The notes under the pieces are model-generated. The model made no database searches, was not told the DNA's origin, and saw only the letters and a list, made by a program, of their open reading frames with translations. 64,000 bases of DNA, taken from Podarcis liolepis. Lineage: Eukaryota. This document shows positions 24,501 through 35,147 of the stretch, one piece after another; position 1 is the first letter of the stretch, and each line of letters opens with the position of its first letter. A program made the translations under genes and the position numbers. The stretch lies in assembly GCA_965112155.1 (NCBI GenBank), contig OZ218106.1. One strand, written 5' to 3'.

Positions 24501-24741
24501 GTCCATTTTTAGGTTTGATAAAGGCCACTTTACTTCCATTCCCTGCCAAAGTCAGTTTTAGAGCTTGGGGACTCTCTCCCCTCCCTCCAGGGAAATCATA
24601 AATCTCCACATATTTTGATTCCTCAGATGAGGATGTTGATGGCTCTTGAGAATGGTGCTTCATCATCCGGCTGTTGCTTTCTCCAGCACTCCCTTTTTGA
24701 GTGATGATCTGCTCAGCAGGCGATTTTGTAAGCAGTTCCAT
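19753..24741 (-). CDS. C4orf54: C4orf54 orthologue, large mostly disordered DUF4585-domain protein (~1662 aa), single coding exon
   Basis: 5-kb uninterrupted ORF. First ATG at 24741 is in strong Kozak context (GGA [12 protein letters not shown]...); the track's start at 24810 is a GTG. Blocks recognised from C4orf54: [119 protein letters not shown], DUF4585-like [18 protein letters not shown]...[15 protein letters not shown], and C-terminal [21 protein letters not shown]. Confidence 0.92.
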   Translation of the reverse strand: [1662 protein letters not shown]

Positions 24742-24760
24742 TCCGATCACTGCAAATTGA

Positions 24761-24780
24761 CTGAAGGGAACAAAGAGATT
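24761..24780 (-). other. Candidate 3' splice acceptor 19 nt upstream of the main C4orf54 ATG
   Basis: Minus strand aatctctttgttcccttcAG|tcaatttgcagtgatcggaATG: pyrimidine tract plus CAG. Confidence 0.4.
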
Positions 24781-24854
24781 TCGACCAAGACTCGAAGCTG
24801 GGACACACACACACGTGTCTCCAGTGGTTGGTTCCCAACTTCACTCCCTGCAGT

Positions 24855-25100
24855 TTAGCGGAAGACCCTGGAGAGACGCCCGATAGTCCCGCAGTGGTAG
24901 TAAGGCGGGTGGCTGCTGTTGTCTCTGCGGAGATGGGGGGGTAGCTGCTGCTGCCAGTGTCTTATTCCAGAGCTATGAAGTACAGTTGTTGGTTTGGCAC
25001 GAAGAGCTGTCAGTCTGAATGCCATTGGTAACTGAAGTAGCAGTATTAGCAGCATCTGCAGCTCAGCTTCCCCAGACATCCCAAAATGAAGAGAAAGCAT
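24855..25100 (-). CDS. Candidate upstream ORF (81 aa; 66 aa from internal ATG 25055) in the C4orf54 leader, out of frame with the main CDS
   Basis: ATG-initiated ORF MLSLHFG...MLLILLLQLPMAFRLTALRAKPTT...RVFR ending in TAA 113 nt before the main ATG. Contains a hydrophobic stretch. Translation is not demonstrated. Confidence 0.4.
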   Translation of the reverse strand: MLSLHFGMSGEAELQMLLILLLQLPMAFRLTALRAKPTTVLHSSGIRHWQQQLPPHLRRDNSSHPPYYHCGTIGRLSRVFR

Positions 25101-25124
25101 ATGGAAATTCTTGTACTTCTAGTT

Positions 25125-25285
25125 ATGAAAGGGGCGGGGGGGGGGCTGTTCAGTATATAGTCGTTATATAGTTAGAGGAATATTAGCCTTATTTATTACG
25201 TAGTATTTGGACGGAGAGAATGCTCTGTGACAAGAAGAAGGGTGGAAAGCATATACTGCTGTTTGAAGTGCTAATTTTAAATATA
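25125..25285 (-). promoter_or_regulatory. Region upstream of the uORF: GC box, TATA-like and MEF2-like motifs, or alternatively branch point plus acceptor
   Basis: GGGGCGGGG at ~25131, TATATAA on minus at 25170-25164, CTAATTTTAA (YTA(A/T)4TAR) at 25271-25280. The same stretch also fits a branch point CTCTAAC (25177-25171) plus AACAG acceptor (25146). Confidence 0.3.
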
Positions 25286-27050
25286 TAAATAAAAATTCCA
25301 GACACTGTTTGCGTGGACAAGAGGCCCACATTGAACTAAGTTTTCATACAGCATTGAAGACAACAAATTACTTGCATTTTTAGTAGTAAACTTTTTAAAA
25401 CTTCCGATTTTTAGTTCATATTAGAGAAGTTAGTTTGTCTAGCACCTGGTTGAAATGTCATGCAAAAATGTTTAAAGTATTTCATGCTCAAAGTATTTCA
25501 AAAAGTTTTTCTTTAGTGTAGCCCCATATCAAAATTATTGTTTTCCTCCAAAATACTTGAAGCAGACATCTTCTGGATATCTTAGAACACATCTAGTTAA
25601 ATAAAAGAATTTAGGTAATTTTAAATTACATAGAATCTATCAGTTAAACCCTCAATCCTATAAACTGAGTACAGGAGGAAAGAGTTTTAGTCAAGGCATG
25701 TCAGCCACAATTAATTGCACTTAATTCCCATTAGAGTCAAGGGGACTTAAGCATGTCTAACTTTATGCTGGATTGTGGCCACCTGTTATAATCAGATCTA
25801 ATCACATTTCAGCACAGAAGACAATTGATAATCTTGGGTAACAAATCATTTACCTTCTCTCTGACTCTTGTAAAGCTGTTCCTTGGATAACAAGCAACTT
25901 TTTGTACCTCACAGGAAGAAAATAATTTCCTACTGAATCTTCAGATATGTCTTTAACCGTCTGGAAAGGGAAGTTGAAGAGAAGCACTGGGAAAATGTTA
26001 AACTGGTTTGGATTTTCATAGCCACTTTGGTGAGAGTAATGAAACTGTGGAGCATTTTTGTAAGATCAGTGTAGCTTGCTAGGTCAAAACTATTAACTAT
26101 ACATAGACTGTGTGTCATATCATCCGATTGAATAAAGTACTATTTTAAACTATCACATTTGTGCATAGCAGAAATAAATGTGTTCAGCCATCAGTCACAG
26201 CAAGAATCCCAACCCCCGCTAATAAAATGTTCTTGCCCATCTTTCTACTTTCAAATATTTAAGGTGGAAAGCTGTTACTGAGAGCAAGGAAAATACAAAA
26301 AAAAGATGTGAAATTGTGGATCACGTAGAATTAAGTGACATTTGCATAGGAACTGTAGTTTGGAAAAATTCTTCATTTGGGTAACCTGTGGTTGGAAAAA
26401 CCATGTTCCAAATGTATATCTCCTTCTGGACCAGAGGCAATGTTCTTTACCATGTTTTTTCTTTACAATGTTCTGCTTTAAAACAATGTTGGCTAATATG
26501 AAAATTAAGGGAACAGTTCCATAACCATATAATTTATTTCTATTCACTTTCTTTGAAAAAGAGTGTAGTACAGAAATGCTAAATATTCAGAATTCTAAAA
26601 CTTCAAAAGAATAAACACTTGAGCAGCACTAAAACAGCATATAACTTTTAAAACAGCAGGGGATGGGGCATACATCAAGTGCCTGGCTGGATAAAAAAAT
26701 GTGTTTATAGACTTCCTTAAAGCAGGAAGTAAGGGAGCCTGTTAGATCTATTCAGGGAGAAAGCTCCATGACCATGGCACCACCACCCAGAAGACCCTTT
26801 CCATGGTGCCCAAGTACTTCGGATATGTCTGGAAATGGTTGGAAAGGAGAGTCAAACCCACAGTGGCATCATCTCTTTCCACTGGAGACAGGCCAAAGAC
26901 TGTCCAAAGCCTATCTTCGGGCTAAAGTAAATTAATATTGGCAAAGGTAGACCTTAAGGTAACCTGGGTGTCTTTATTGTTATGCAATAGGGATTTGTTT
27001 GTTGTGAGAAGACATTTCATTTCCATCGGTGGGAAAAGGAACAGCAGTAG

Positions 27051-27130
27051 TGTTATGTACTTGAGTTGAATAGGATCCAAAATGCAGCAATCTGATTGGT
27101 CCTAGAACAATGCAGCAGTCTGATTGGTCC
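27051..27130 (+). mobile_element. 5' fragment of the same LTR family as 1810-2108
   Basis: tgttatgtacttgagttgaataggatccaaaatgcagcaatctgattggtcctagaacaat is near-identical to the start of the 1810 LTR. Confidence 0.8.
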
Positions 27131-28691
27131 AGCTCAGTTTTGGTCAGTAACATTTCCTCATAACATCAGGTAGCTGGTTAGGGTAGACTTCTATTTAACA
27201 TTGGCAATGCTGCGTAAGGTGAAACTTGTGAAACAATTTAAGATGGAGTCTTATGTGTCATTAGTAGATAGAAAGATTACTAACATTAAAGATGATTAAT
27301 ATTGAAATAGAATGAAAATAGATCCGTAAGAAAGGAGGGAAAGAGAGTGACACGTGCCACATTCCATCTTTTTTAGGAGAAGAACTTTGATGATACTCAA
27401 CAATGGGAGAATATCCAGATAAGAGGGTGGTGGTTTTTTTTTTTTTTTTACTAATTTACCCACTATAGTCTATTAATAACTGATAATTTTGAAGTAATTG
27501 TTGTCCAGAAGAATTCTGTGACTACAAAATAAGACAATTTTAAAATTATAGTTAGATCGAAGACAGCATTTCTAGGAAAATGGAATGCTCAGGTTATATT
27601 ACCGGCTGGACATTCAATCGGAGTAAGGCACTGAGCCAATCATACAGTGTTCATAATGTAACAACCTCCCGTACAGGATAGCCAAATTTGGGAATCAATT
27701 TGGATCATGAATCACTTCTCAGGACATCTGTGTCTAAGATCAGGTGGGAGGGATTTAAGTCCCTGGGCAGTAGAAAGGAAAAGCATCACAATTTCACACT
27801 TTAGCATCTGGTCATGGAGAGCTATTTCAAGTGTCCAGGAAGGTCCAGTGGGAGAAAGATAATTTCCAGGGAGGAAATTGATTATGAAGGGCAAAAACTG
27901 GTTTGGAAGGACGTCTTGTTTTAAGAGTTGCCTGCAAAAAAATACCCCCAGTTACAACCTGTCATCTCTGTACCCAGTATGAAAATTCAACACATTTAAT
28001 GAAGTTTCCACTACATGCCAGGAGTTCAGATTGTAGCTTGCTTTTTGAGGTTTGCAAGTCACCATGGGCTGACTGGATAGCACCAAGAATTCCATTAGCT
28101 TGTACAAAACGGCCCTCTAGTGTTGAAATATTATATTGTATTAGTTTCTTGGTGTTTCAGAAGATAAAGACACGCCTTCAAAAAATATGTAATCTCCTAC
28201 TTTAGTCTGCAACATGGTTGCTACTAGGAAAGTTTAATGTAGAACATTTTTCATAAGAAGTATTAGATACTGATGCCTTGAGTCTTGAGGGCCATCCAAA
28301 GACGTCTGATACAATTAATACTGCAGACTTTGGTGTGCAGCAGAATTTATTTGATAGAGTGTAAAGTGATTTACTTTACATAAGCACCTATTCCATCAGT
28401 CTGCAGGAGAGAGAGAGGGGTGGGGAAGGGAAGGGAAGGGAAACAGGGCCACTCCATCTGTTCAACTGAGAGACCAGCTTCTGGTGCCTCCTCTTCAATT
28501 GTTGTTTTTTTATTCTAGTCGGTTGTTATAAAAACTTAGATCAGGTGGCCGAGTTTCCTTTTATTACTGATTTTTATAGCCACTGTATGCTTTTTTCTGG
28601 TTGAGAGGTGGGACAAAACTGCTACGAAAACATCTAAATTTAGAGCCACTTTGGGCCTTCTTTCAGGTCAAACTTTGCTGAAAACACTATA

Positions 28692-28904
28692 CAGTGGTAC
28701 CTTGGGTTAAGTACTTAATTCGTTCCAGAGGTCTGTTCTTAACCTGAAAGTGTTCTTAACCTGAAGCACCACTTTAGCTAATGGGGCCTCCTGCTTCTGC
28801 CGCGCCGCCGGAGCAAGATTTCTTCTCATCCTGAAGCAAAGTTCTTAACCTGAGGTAATATTTCTGGGTTAGCGGAGTCTGTAACCTGAAGTGTATGTAA
28901 CCTG
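28692..28904. mobile_element. Family A MITE, inverted, right TIR partly deleted
   Basis: Left TIR CAGTGGTACCTTGGGTTAA after TA; interior matches the other copies in reverse. Confidence 0.85.
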
Positions 28905-30479
28905 TACCAATGTCTTCCTTCCTTGTTGGAAGCTTCCTACATAGTGGAACTGTTTTCTTTCCATGCTAACTTTTTTTGTCAGGAAAATAATAACCAGTAT
29001 ATATTTAATACTGAGTGGTATCCACTGAAATATAAAGAATTAGGAAACTGATTATGAGAAGGAGGAGGAGGAAGAGTGCGGAATCTGTTTCAGCTAAAAT
29101 AATCTGTTGCAGCTAAGATACTGGTAATTACACAGGGGCAAAATCTTGTTATCCTTAGTGTAATCCTTAGCAGTTTGGCTTAAGTAGTACCTGTCATTTA
29201 GATGGATAGTTAACAGGACAAACACATGTAAGAACTGGAATTGGAAATGGGAAGAATTTGGGTTTTTTTTGAGATGGGTTGTTTCTTGTGGTGTATTTGA
29301 ATAACTACTATCATTAACTTAATTTATTTTTATATGCATGTTATAATGTTGAGTTACATTTCTTTAAAAGCAGGAACAAAAATTGTAACTTCATTTTGAA
29401 GTGGCACAAACATTTCACTGCCATTCTGCTACATTTGTAGATCTGACCTTATTCCTGAACAACTTATACTAGATTGTCTTTTCTGTTAAAGCATTCTAAA
29501 CATCTCAAAACCAGGACTTCTGTGCATTAGAGACCTATTTTCATGACCTTAATTTTTTTTATTAAAAAAACCAAACACCCAAATCTTTAGTCCCATGTTT
29601 CATTTGAGAGATTAGGATCATAATAAGCTATTTTGCACATGTCAAACACTCCTGGCAACCTTTTCAAATTTGCCTTTCCCTGCAAGCGCAACCCTCTTCC
29701 AAGGAATGGAACTGTAAACCTGGACAGGTTTCAAGACCTTAACCTGAGTGAGATTAAAAGGATTTAGAGGCCTTACATTGCCCCTTAGAATGGGAGACTG
29801 CATTTCCTCTCCAGGATGAGAACGGATCATATTCTGGCATGCTGTATTACACAGTGCAATGTGCTGCCTTGTAACTGAAGCCCTGTTAGTGTCAGGGGCA
29901 GAAGTACTTGCGAAATAACAGATACAAAAAAGTACTCCCTTTCCCCTTAATCAAGTCACACCATCATGCCAGATGCTCTTTGCAAACACGCTGACCAAGG
30001 CATGATGAAGTTATTAAATTGTTAACCTTTCGCATCCCCCCCCAGTTCATCATGCTACATTTATTTTAGAAAGAAGCACCTTTTAAAGAAAGCAGAACTA
30101 CTGCTCGATTTCTGTTGCATGAATGCCTTTCCACCAAACAGATTAAGAGCTAAACACCTGCCATCCTGACATGCAAATAATCTTCACTACATCCATCTAG
30201 AATTTACAGTGCTGTTGGCATGAAAGAGTATTTATGGGAATAGCTGGCTTTACTGAAATCCAAGGAGATAGCATTTCAAGCACAAGCAGTGTGTATCATG
30301 AGAAAAATTGAATACAAGAAGTTTTGTGGACACACACACACTCTTTTATGTGCTTCCTTCTAGCCCCCTTTGTCCTTGGAACAGAGGATAAAAGACCTTC
30401 ATTGGATGGGGTGGGGGAATCAGTGAGGTGAAAATCTAGGAGTACTTCAGATATTTGGGCTTAGACAAGAATAAAGGAC

Positions 30480-30872
30480 AAAATGGTTGCCTCCCATTTC
30501 CACATACAGAAGGTGACTGGACTTATTTAAATCAGACAAGGGAACATATTTCTTCACCCAGAGCATAGTCAAATGGACTATGGAATATGCTTCCACAAGA
30601 AGTAGTGATGGGTGCTAACTTGGGCAGTTTTTTAGAGGATTCAACAAATTCATGGAGGATAATGGCTACTAGCTAACATGACATTGTTCTACCTCCACTG
30701 ATGGAGGCATTATGGCCTTTGAATAGGAGTTGCTGGGAATTGTAGGTAGGGAGCGTGCTCTTGTGCATAGGTCCTGCTTATGGTCTTCCTATAGGCATCT
30801 CATTGACCACTGAGAACGAAATGCTGGACTTGACGAGCCACTGGCCTCATCCAGCAGGACTCATGTTCTTAC
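30480..30872 (+). mobile_element. CR1-type LINE 3' fragment, degenerate
   Basis: ttcttcacccagagcatagt...aacaaattcatggaggataatggctactag...tccagcaggactcatgttctt. Confidence 0.7.
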
Positions 30873-31868
30873 TTCAACAAGAGCAGAGAGACAGTGTCTT
30901 ACACTGCACCTGAGGCCACCTGGTGGGGCTGGTGGAAGTGATAGTCCAACAAAATCTGGAGAGCACCATGTCGGCAAGTTCTGACACAGGAGACAAGTTC
31001 TTATGGAAGCCCCAGCCCAAGCTAATGGATGAAATCATTCTCTCGCCAGCCCTAAATCCCATACCCTTGGTAACCACTCACAGACAATGAGAGACACTAA
31101 AAAAATGCTTATCCCACTTAGAGGTATTATCTGATGCTGTCACCTCTACCACCCCATTCCAACTACTCAAGGATTCAGGGTGAACAAGCAATCCATGTAA
31201 ATAACTACTCAGAAAACAAACAATTAAAAAAATAATAATTGGGAGCTCAGCCTGTATTAATGGATGGAACAATGGGAGAGAATTCAGCAATTTGCCCAAA
31301 GTTTCCTAGTCAAGTACAATCTCCCTAAAAAATAGAGACTACAAAGGATGTGGCCCTTGTGCAAACTCAGCTGGTTGACACAAGAGGAGAAACACCTTCG
31401 ACGGGGATCCGCGCCAGTTGTGCCTCTATCCGGAAACAGCCCTGACCAAACCAAAATGACTGCCATGTAGATAGGCCTACCTCCTGGGTCATGTGGGTCT
31501 GTCTGCTGCTGCTCCCAATTCATCCTCACAGCAGGCGGGTACCTGGGGGAGGGGGCTAGATAGCAATGGCTTCCCAGGGACAGACGGTCCAACTGCTGCA
31601 CCCCTTGATCTCTCCATCTGAGCAGAATTTCCAGGCCTCCAGTTGCTGCTTCTCTGGCTACGCCTCTGCAGCATTGTTGTTGTATGCAGGGTAAACAGTC
31701 ATTTGTACTAGCTGTGTGTTTGTGAAATAAATATAAATGGAATGGACTGTAATAGCGTGTGAGAGGTCAAATAGTTGAGAGTCCTAAGGAGCTCTGAGTG
31801 ATGGAAGTTTGGTTTGCAGTGCCATCATACACTGCTTGAGACACCCTGAACAGTGGTTGAGATGAATA

Positions 31869-32110
31869 TAGTGGTACCTCGGGTTACATACGCTTCAGGT
31901 TACATACACTTCAGGTTGCAGACTCCACTAACCCAGAAATAGTACCTCGGGTTAAGAACTTTGCTTCAGGATGAGAACAGAAATCGTGCTCCGGCGGCAC
32001 GGCAGCAGCGGGAGGCCCCGTTAGCTAAAGTGGTGCTTCAGGTCAAGTATAGTTTCAGGTTAAGAATCGACCTCCAGAACAAATTAAGTTCTTAACCTGA
32101 GGTACCACTG
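31869..32110. mobile_element. Family A MITE nested in a CR1 fragment
   Basis: TIRs and TA TSD; CR1 sequence resumes at 32113 (ttggaagattcaggccagacaaaagaaagtacttcttcacacag). Confidence 0.9.
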
Positions 32111-32574
32111 TATTGGAAGATTCAGGCCAGACAAAAGAAAGTACTTCTTCACACAGTTCATAATCAAACTATGGAGTTGGGTCCCACAAGATGGAAGACT
32201 AGCTGCCACCTTGGATGGCTTTAAAAGAGAATTAGATCAATTCATGGAGGGTACGGCTGTCAATGTCCTGGCTCCCACCAACAGGCAAACAACTCAGACT
32301 CTTGGCGTGGGAAACCCTAAAAGTTTTATTAAGGAAATGGGTAACACAATCTTCGCATCAGTTCAGAATAAAGGTTGCAAGGTTCAGCAGGTACAATGGC
32401 AGAGTCTAGGACACATGGCTAGGCATAAGCAAAGACATTCCAACATCTGACATGTAGATGTTAAGCACCATAGAGGATACAATCAAACCCTGAGGAACCC
32501 CATACTGAAGTCTCCACAAGACCAAAGATCACTCCCCAAGCACTCTTTGGAAACAACCATTCAAGTAGGACTGG

Positions 32575-32795
32575 AAGCACCGCAAAGCAGTGCTACCCAC
32601 CCCTAACTCGGACAGCCACTCGAGAAAGACTTCATGGTCGATGGTATCAAAAGCTGCTGAGAGGTCAAGGAGAATGAACAAGGACACATTTCCCCTGTCT
32701 CTCTTCTGACAGAGGTCATCATACAGGGTGACCAGAGCAGTTTCTGTGCTAAAACTAGGCCTAAACTCTGATTGAAATGGATCTAGAAAATCAGT
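32575..32795 (-). mobile_element. L2-clade LINE reverse-transcriptase fragment
   Basis: Minus translation DFLDPFQSEFRPSFSTETALVTLYDDL...FILLDLSAAFDTIDHEVFL, a typical L2/CR1 RT motif. Confidence 0.85.
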
Positions 32796-35147
32796 TGCCT
32801 GGATCTAGTCTCACACACACTCATTTGAGCCAGTTGGTGATATTTCATTCACTTGTTCATCATTCCATTGACACCTTGATGTTTATTTACTGCCCATGTT
32901 CAGTCAGTGCACTATTGCAGTAGCATGTCCACCTCTCAGATAGCCTGCATTGTGAATTGGGATCCTCTGCAAAGCATGAATGGCTGATTATGCTGATGGC
33001 CAGTTAACATTGCAGGTTCTCTGCATGGTGGGGTGGTGCCACTTGTCCTGCTGCTCTGCCACATGATTTCACAGCCACCCTCTCCTGAAAATACCGAGCA
33101 AGATTCAAAATACTGTATCCACATTCACTCTGAACCAGGAATCAAGACACACGTATAGAAGGCACAGAGTCCCCTGCTGGTTTGGGAACTGCAAGCACAG
33201 ATTGGGTGCAGATATGTAACAACATTAAGATGTGAGGCATCCCAATGCAGATCCTGTTTATGCTACATGCTGTGAATCTGGGAGCAAGTTCCATAATGCT
33301 TCAGTGCAGGTGGATATTGAACATACCCAGTCACTAATGTTAGTCTAATGAAAATTTGACTCTGGGATGGGGCTATGTTTGGTTTCCCCTCTCTGCTATG
33401 CACACTGAAATCCACATTGTACATTTGTGCATAACATAAAAATGCACACTTTTTGCCCAAAGTAGCATACATGTATTCGTTGTTCTGCACCAGTCCTTGG
33501 CTACACCCCAACAATTTTTAATGGGATGAAATGTGCAGATTAATCTATATTTATGCTGTTGATCTGCCAGCTTGAGACACTGGATTTAAGCAGCAGCCAG
33601 GATTTGTACTGCTTTAATGTTCTTTGCCATATTAGCGGCAATCCGTGACACCTGCTTTTGGTGATATTAACTGAAGCGCATGCACTGCAAATTTCTTCTT
33701 TGGCTTGCCTTGTGGGGCAAAGAAGTACTTTCTATCACATGGTGATGGAAAGGCAGATCAAGCAGCTCTCAAAGCAAAGCCTCCATGAAACTGCATTTGC
33801 TATATATAGATGAGTGCAATAAACACCATTGTGAATTGTTTTCCAGCCTGCTGTTTGAGATTATTTGTGTGAGTGTGTGTTTATACATATATACCTACAC
33901 ACTGAGATACAATTAGCTCTCTGTCATGCACATCACCACATTTAATATCATTTAGGCTTCAATCCTAACCCCACTTACCTGGGAGTCTGCCCCACTGAAT
34001 TTGATAGGACTTAATTTGAGTCAATATGGTTAAGAATGTGGTGTTAGTAAATTAGTCAATACAAATTATAGTGAGAGAGGTAGTGCTTGGAGTCTTAACA
34101 CTACAGCTGCTGTAAAAAAATCAGTAAGTCAAAAGGTGCAATCTTGTTCAGTTATTTATTTATTGTCTAATAGCAGTAATAATTACCATCCATGATACAA
34201 AACTAAATGTAATAATCAATAAACATTTAAAAGCATCACAGCAACTCAAAATAGTTGTTTTTTTAATTAACTGCAAGCTAAAATGTATCAGGAATGAGAG
34301 CACGTATACCTTAATGAGCTTCTGAACAGAATTCAGAATTGAATTTCCATCTAGTTGTAAAACACACTGTAAAGGTCAGGTTCAAGAGCAGATCGTGCCA
34401 AATCTCTAATGACTTGACATTTTTACGAGACTGAAAAACGATATTGTGGCAGAATATAGGTAGATAGCACCAAACCACAGGCTGGGAACTTCATGTGCTT
34501 CATATCTTTCACTTTTTAAATGAGTATTGTACAGGAGAAGTGCATTCAACTCCAGTGCACATGAATACAGCCTGGTACTGTATTTTGAAACATTTGCTTG
34601 TATTTGTATGAACTCAGGGTACTGCAGCCTGCCGTTGCCTAATCACAGGAAACCCCACTGAACAAAGCTAGTTAACACGGAGCCTGACCCACGAAGTTCA
34701 CAACATTCTGAATTTCACAAGGCCGTCCTCTGCAACCTGCCACATTCCCCCCCCCCATAAGCACACACAGGGGTGTCTCACGCATTTGCAAAAACCCCTC
34801 AGAATTATTTCCCCCTTCCTACACATGGAGATCTGTGTGGTTCATTTTCTCCCACAGCTCCTCTCCTTTCCTTAAGCTGCTTTAGCTTTGCAGTTGGCAG
34901 CCTGATAATCGAGAGGGAGCTCGGGCTTCTGATGCATTTGCCAGCTGCCTGGCCCTGATGCATTTGTGTTACAGACACTATGGTACTTTCCAAACACAAC
35001 AGGTGTGCCCTCTTTTAATCTCTTTCACATTTTGACAGCGGCACGCAGGACACCAGCTCTTCCGTCCTCCTCCAAGAAAGGCAATTGCTAATGAACCTGG
35101 TAGTTACAAGCTCTGCAGTCTGGGCTGAAAGACATTATCCTGATTTC

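Noticed and set aside
24742-24810. ORF-track start of the long CDS at 24810 (MCVPASS...)
   Set aside because: It is a GTG inside a (GT)n run, with an in-frame TGA at 24843. The first ATG (24741) has strong Kozak context and is the better start.
24841-25100. Programmed frameshift or stop readthrough fusing the uORF to the main CDS
   Set aside because: The main frame has three stops in this interval and I see no slippery heptamer or readthrough context. A uORF or alternative splicing is simpler.
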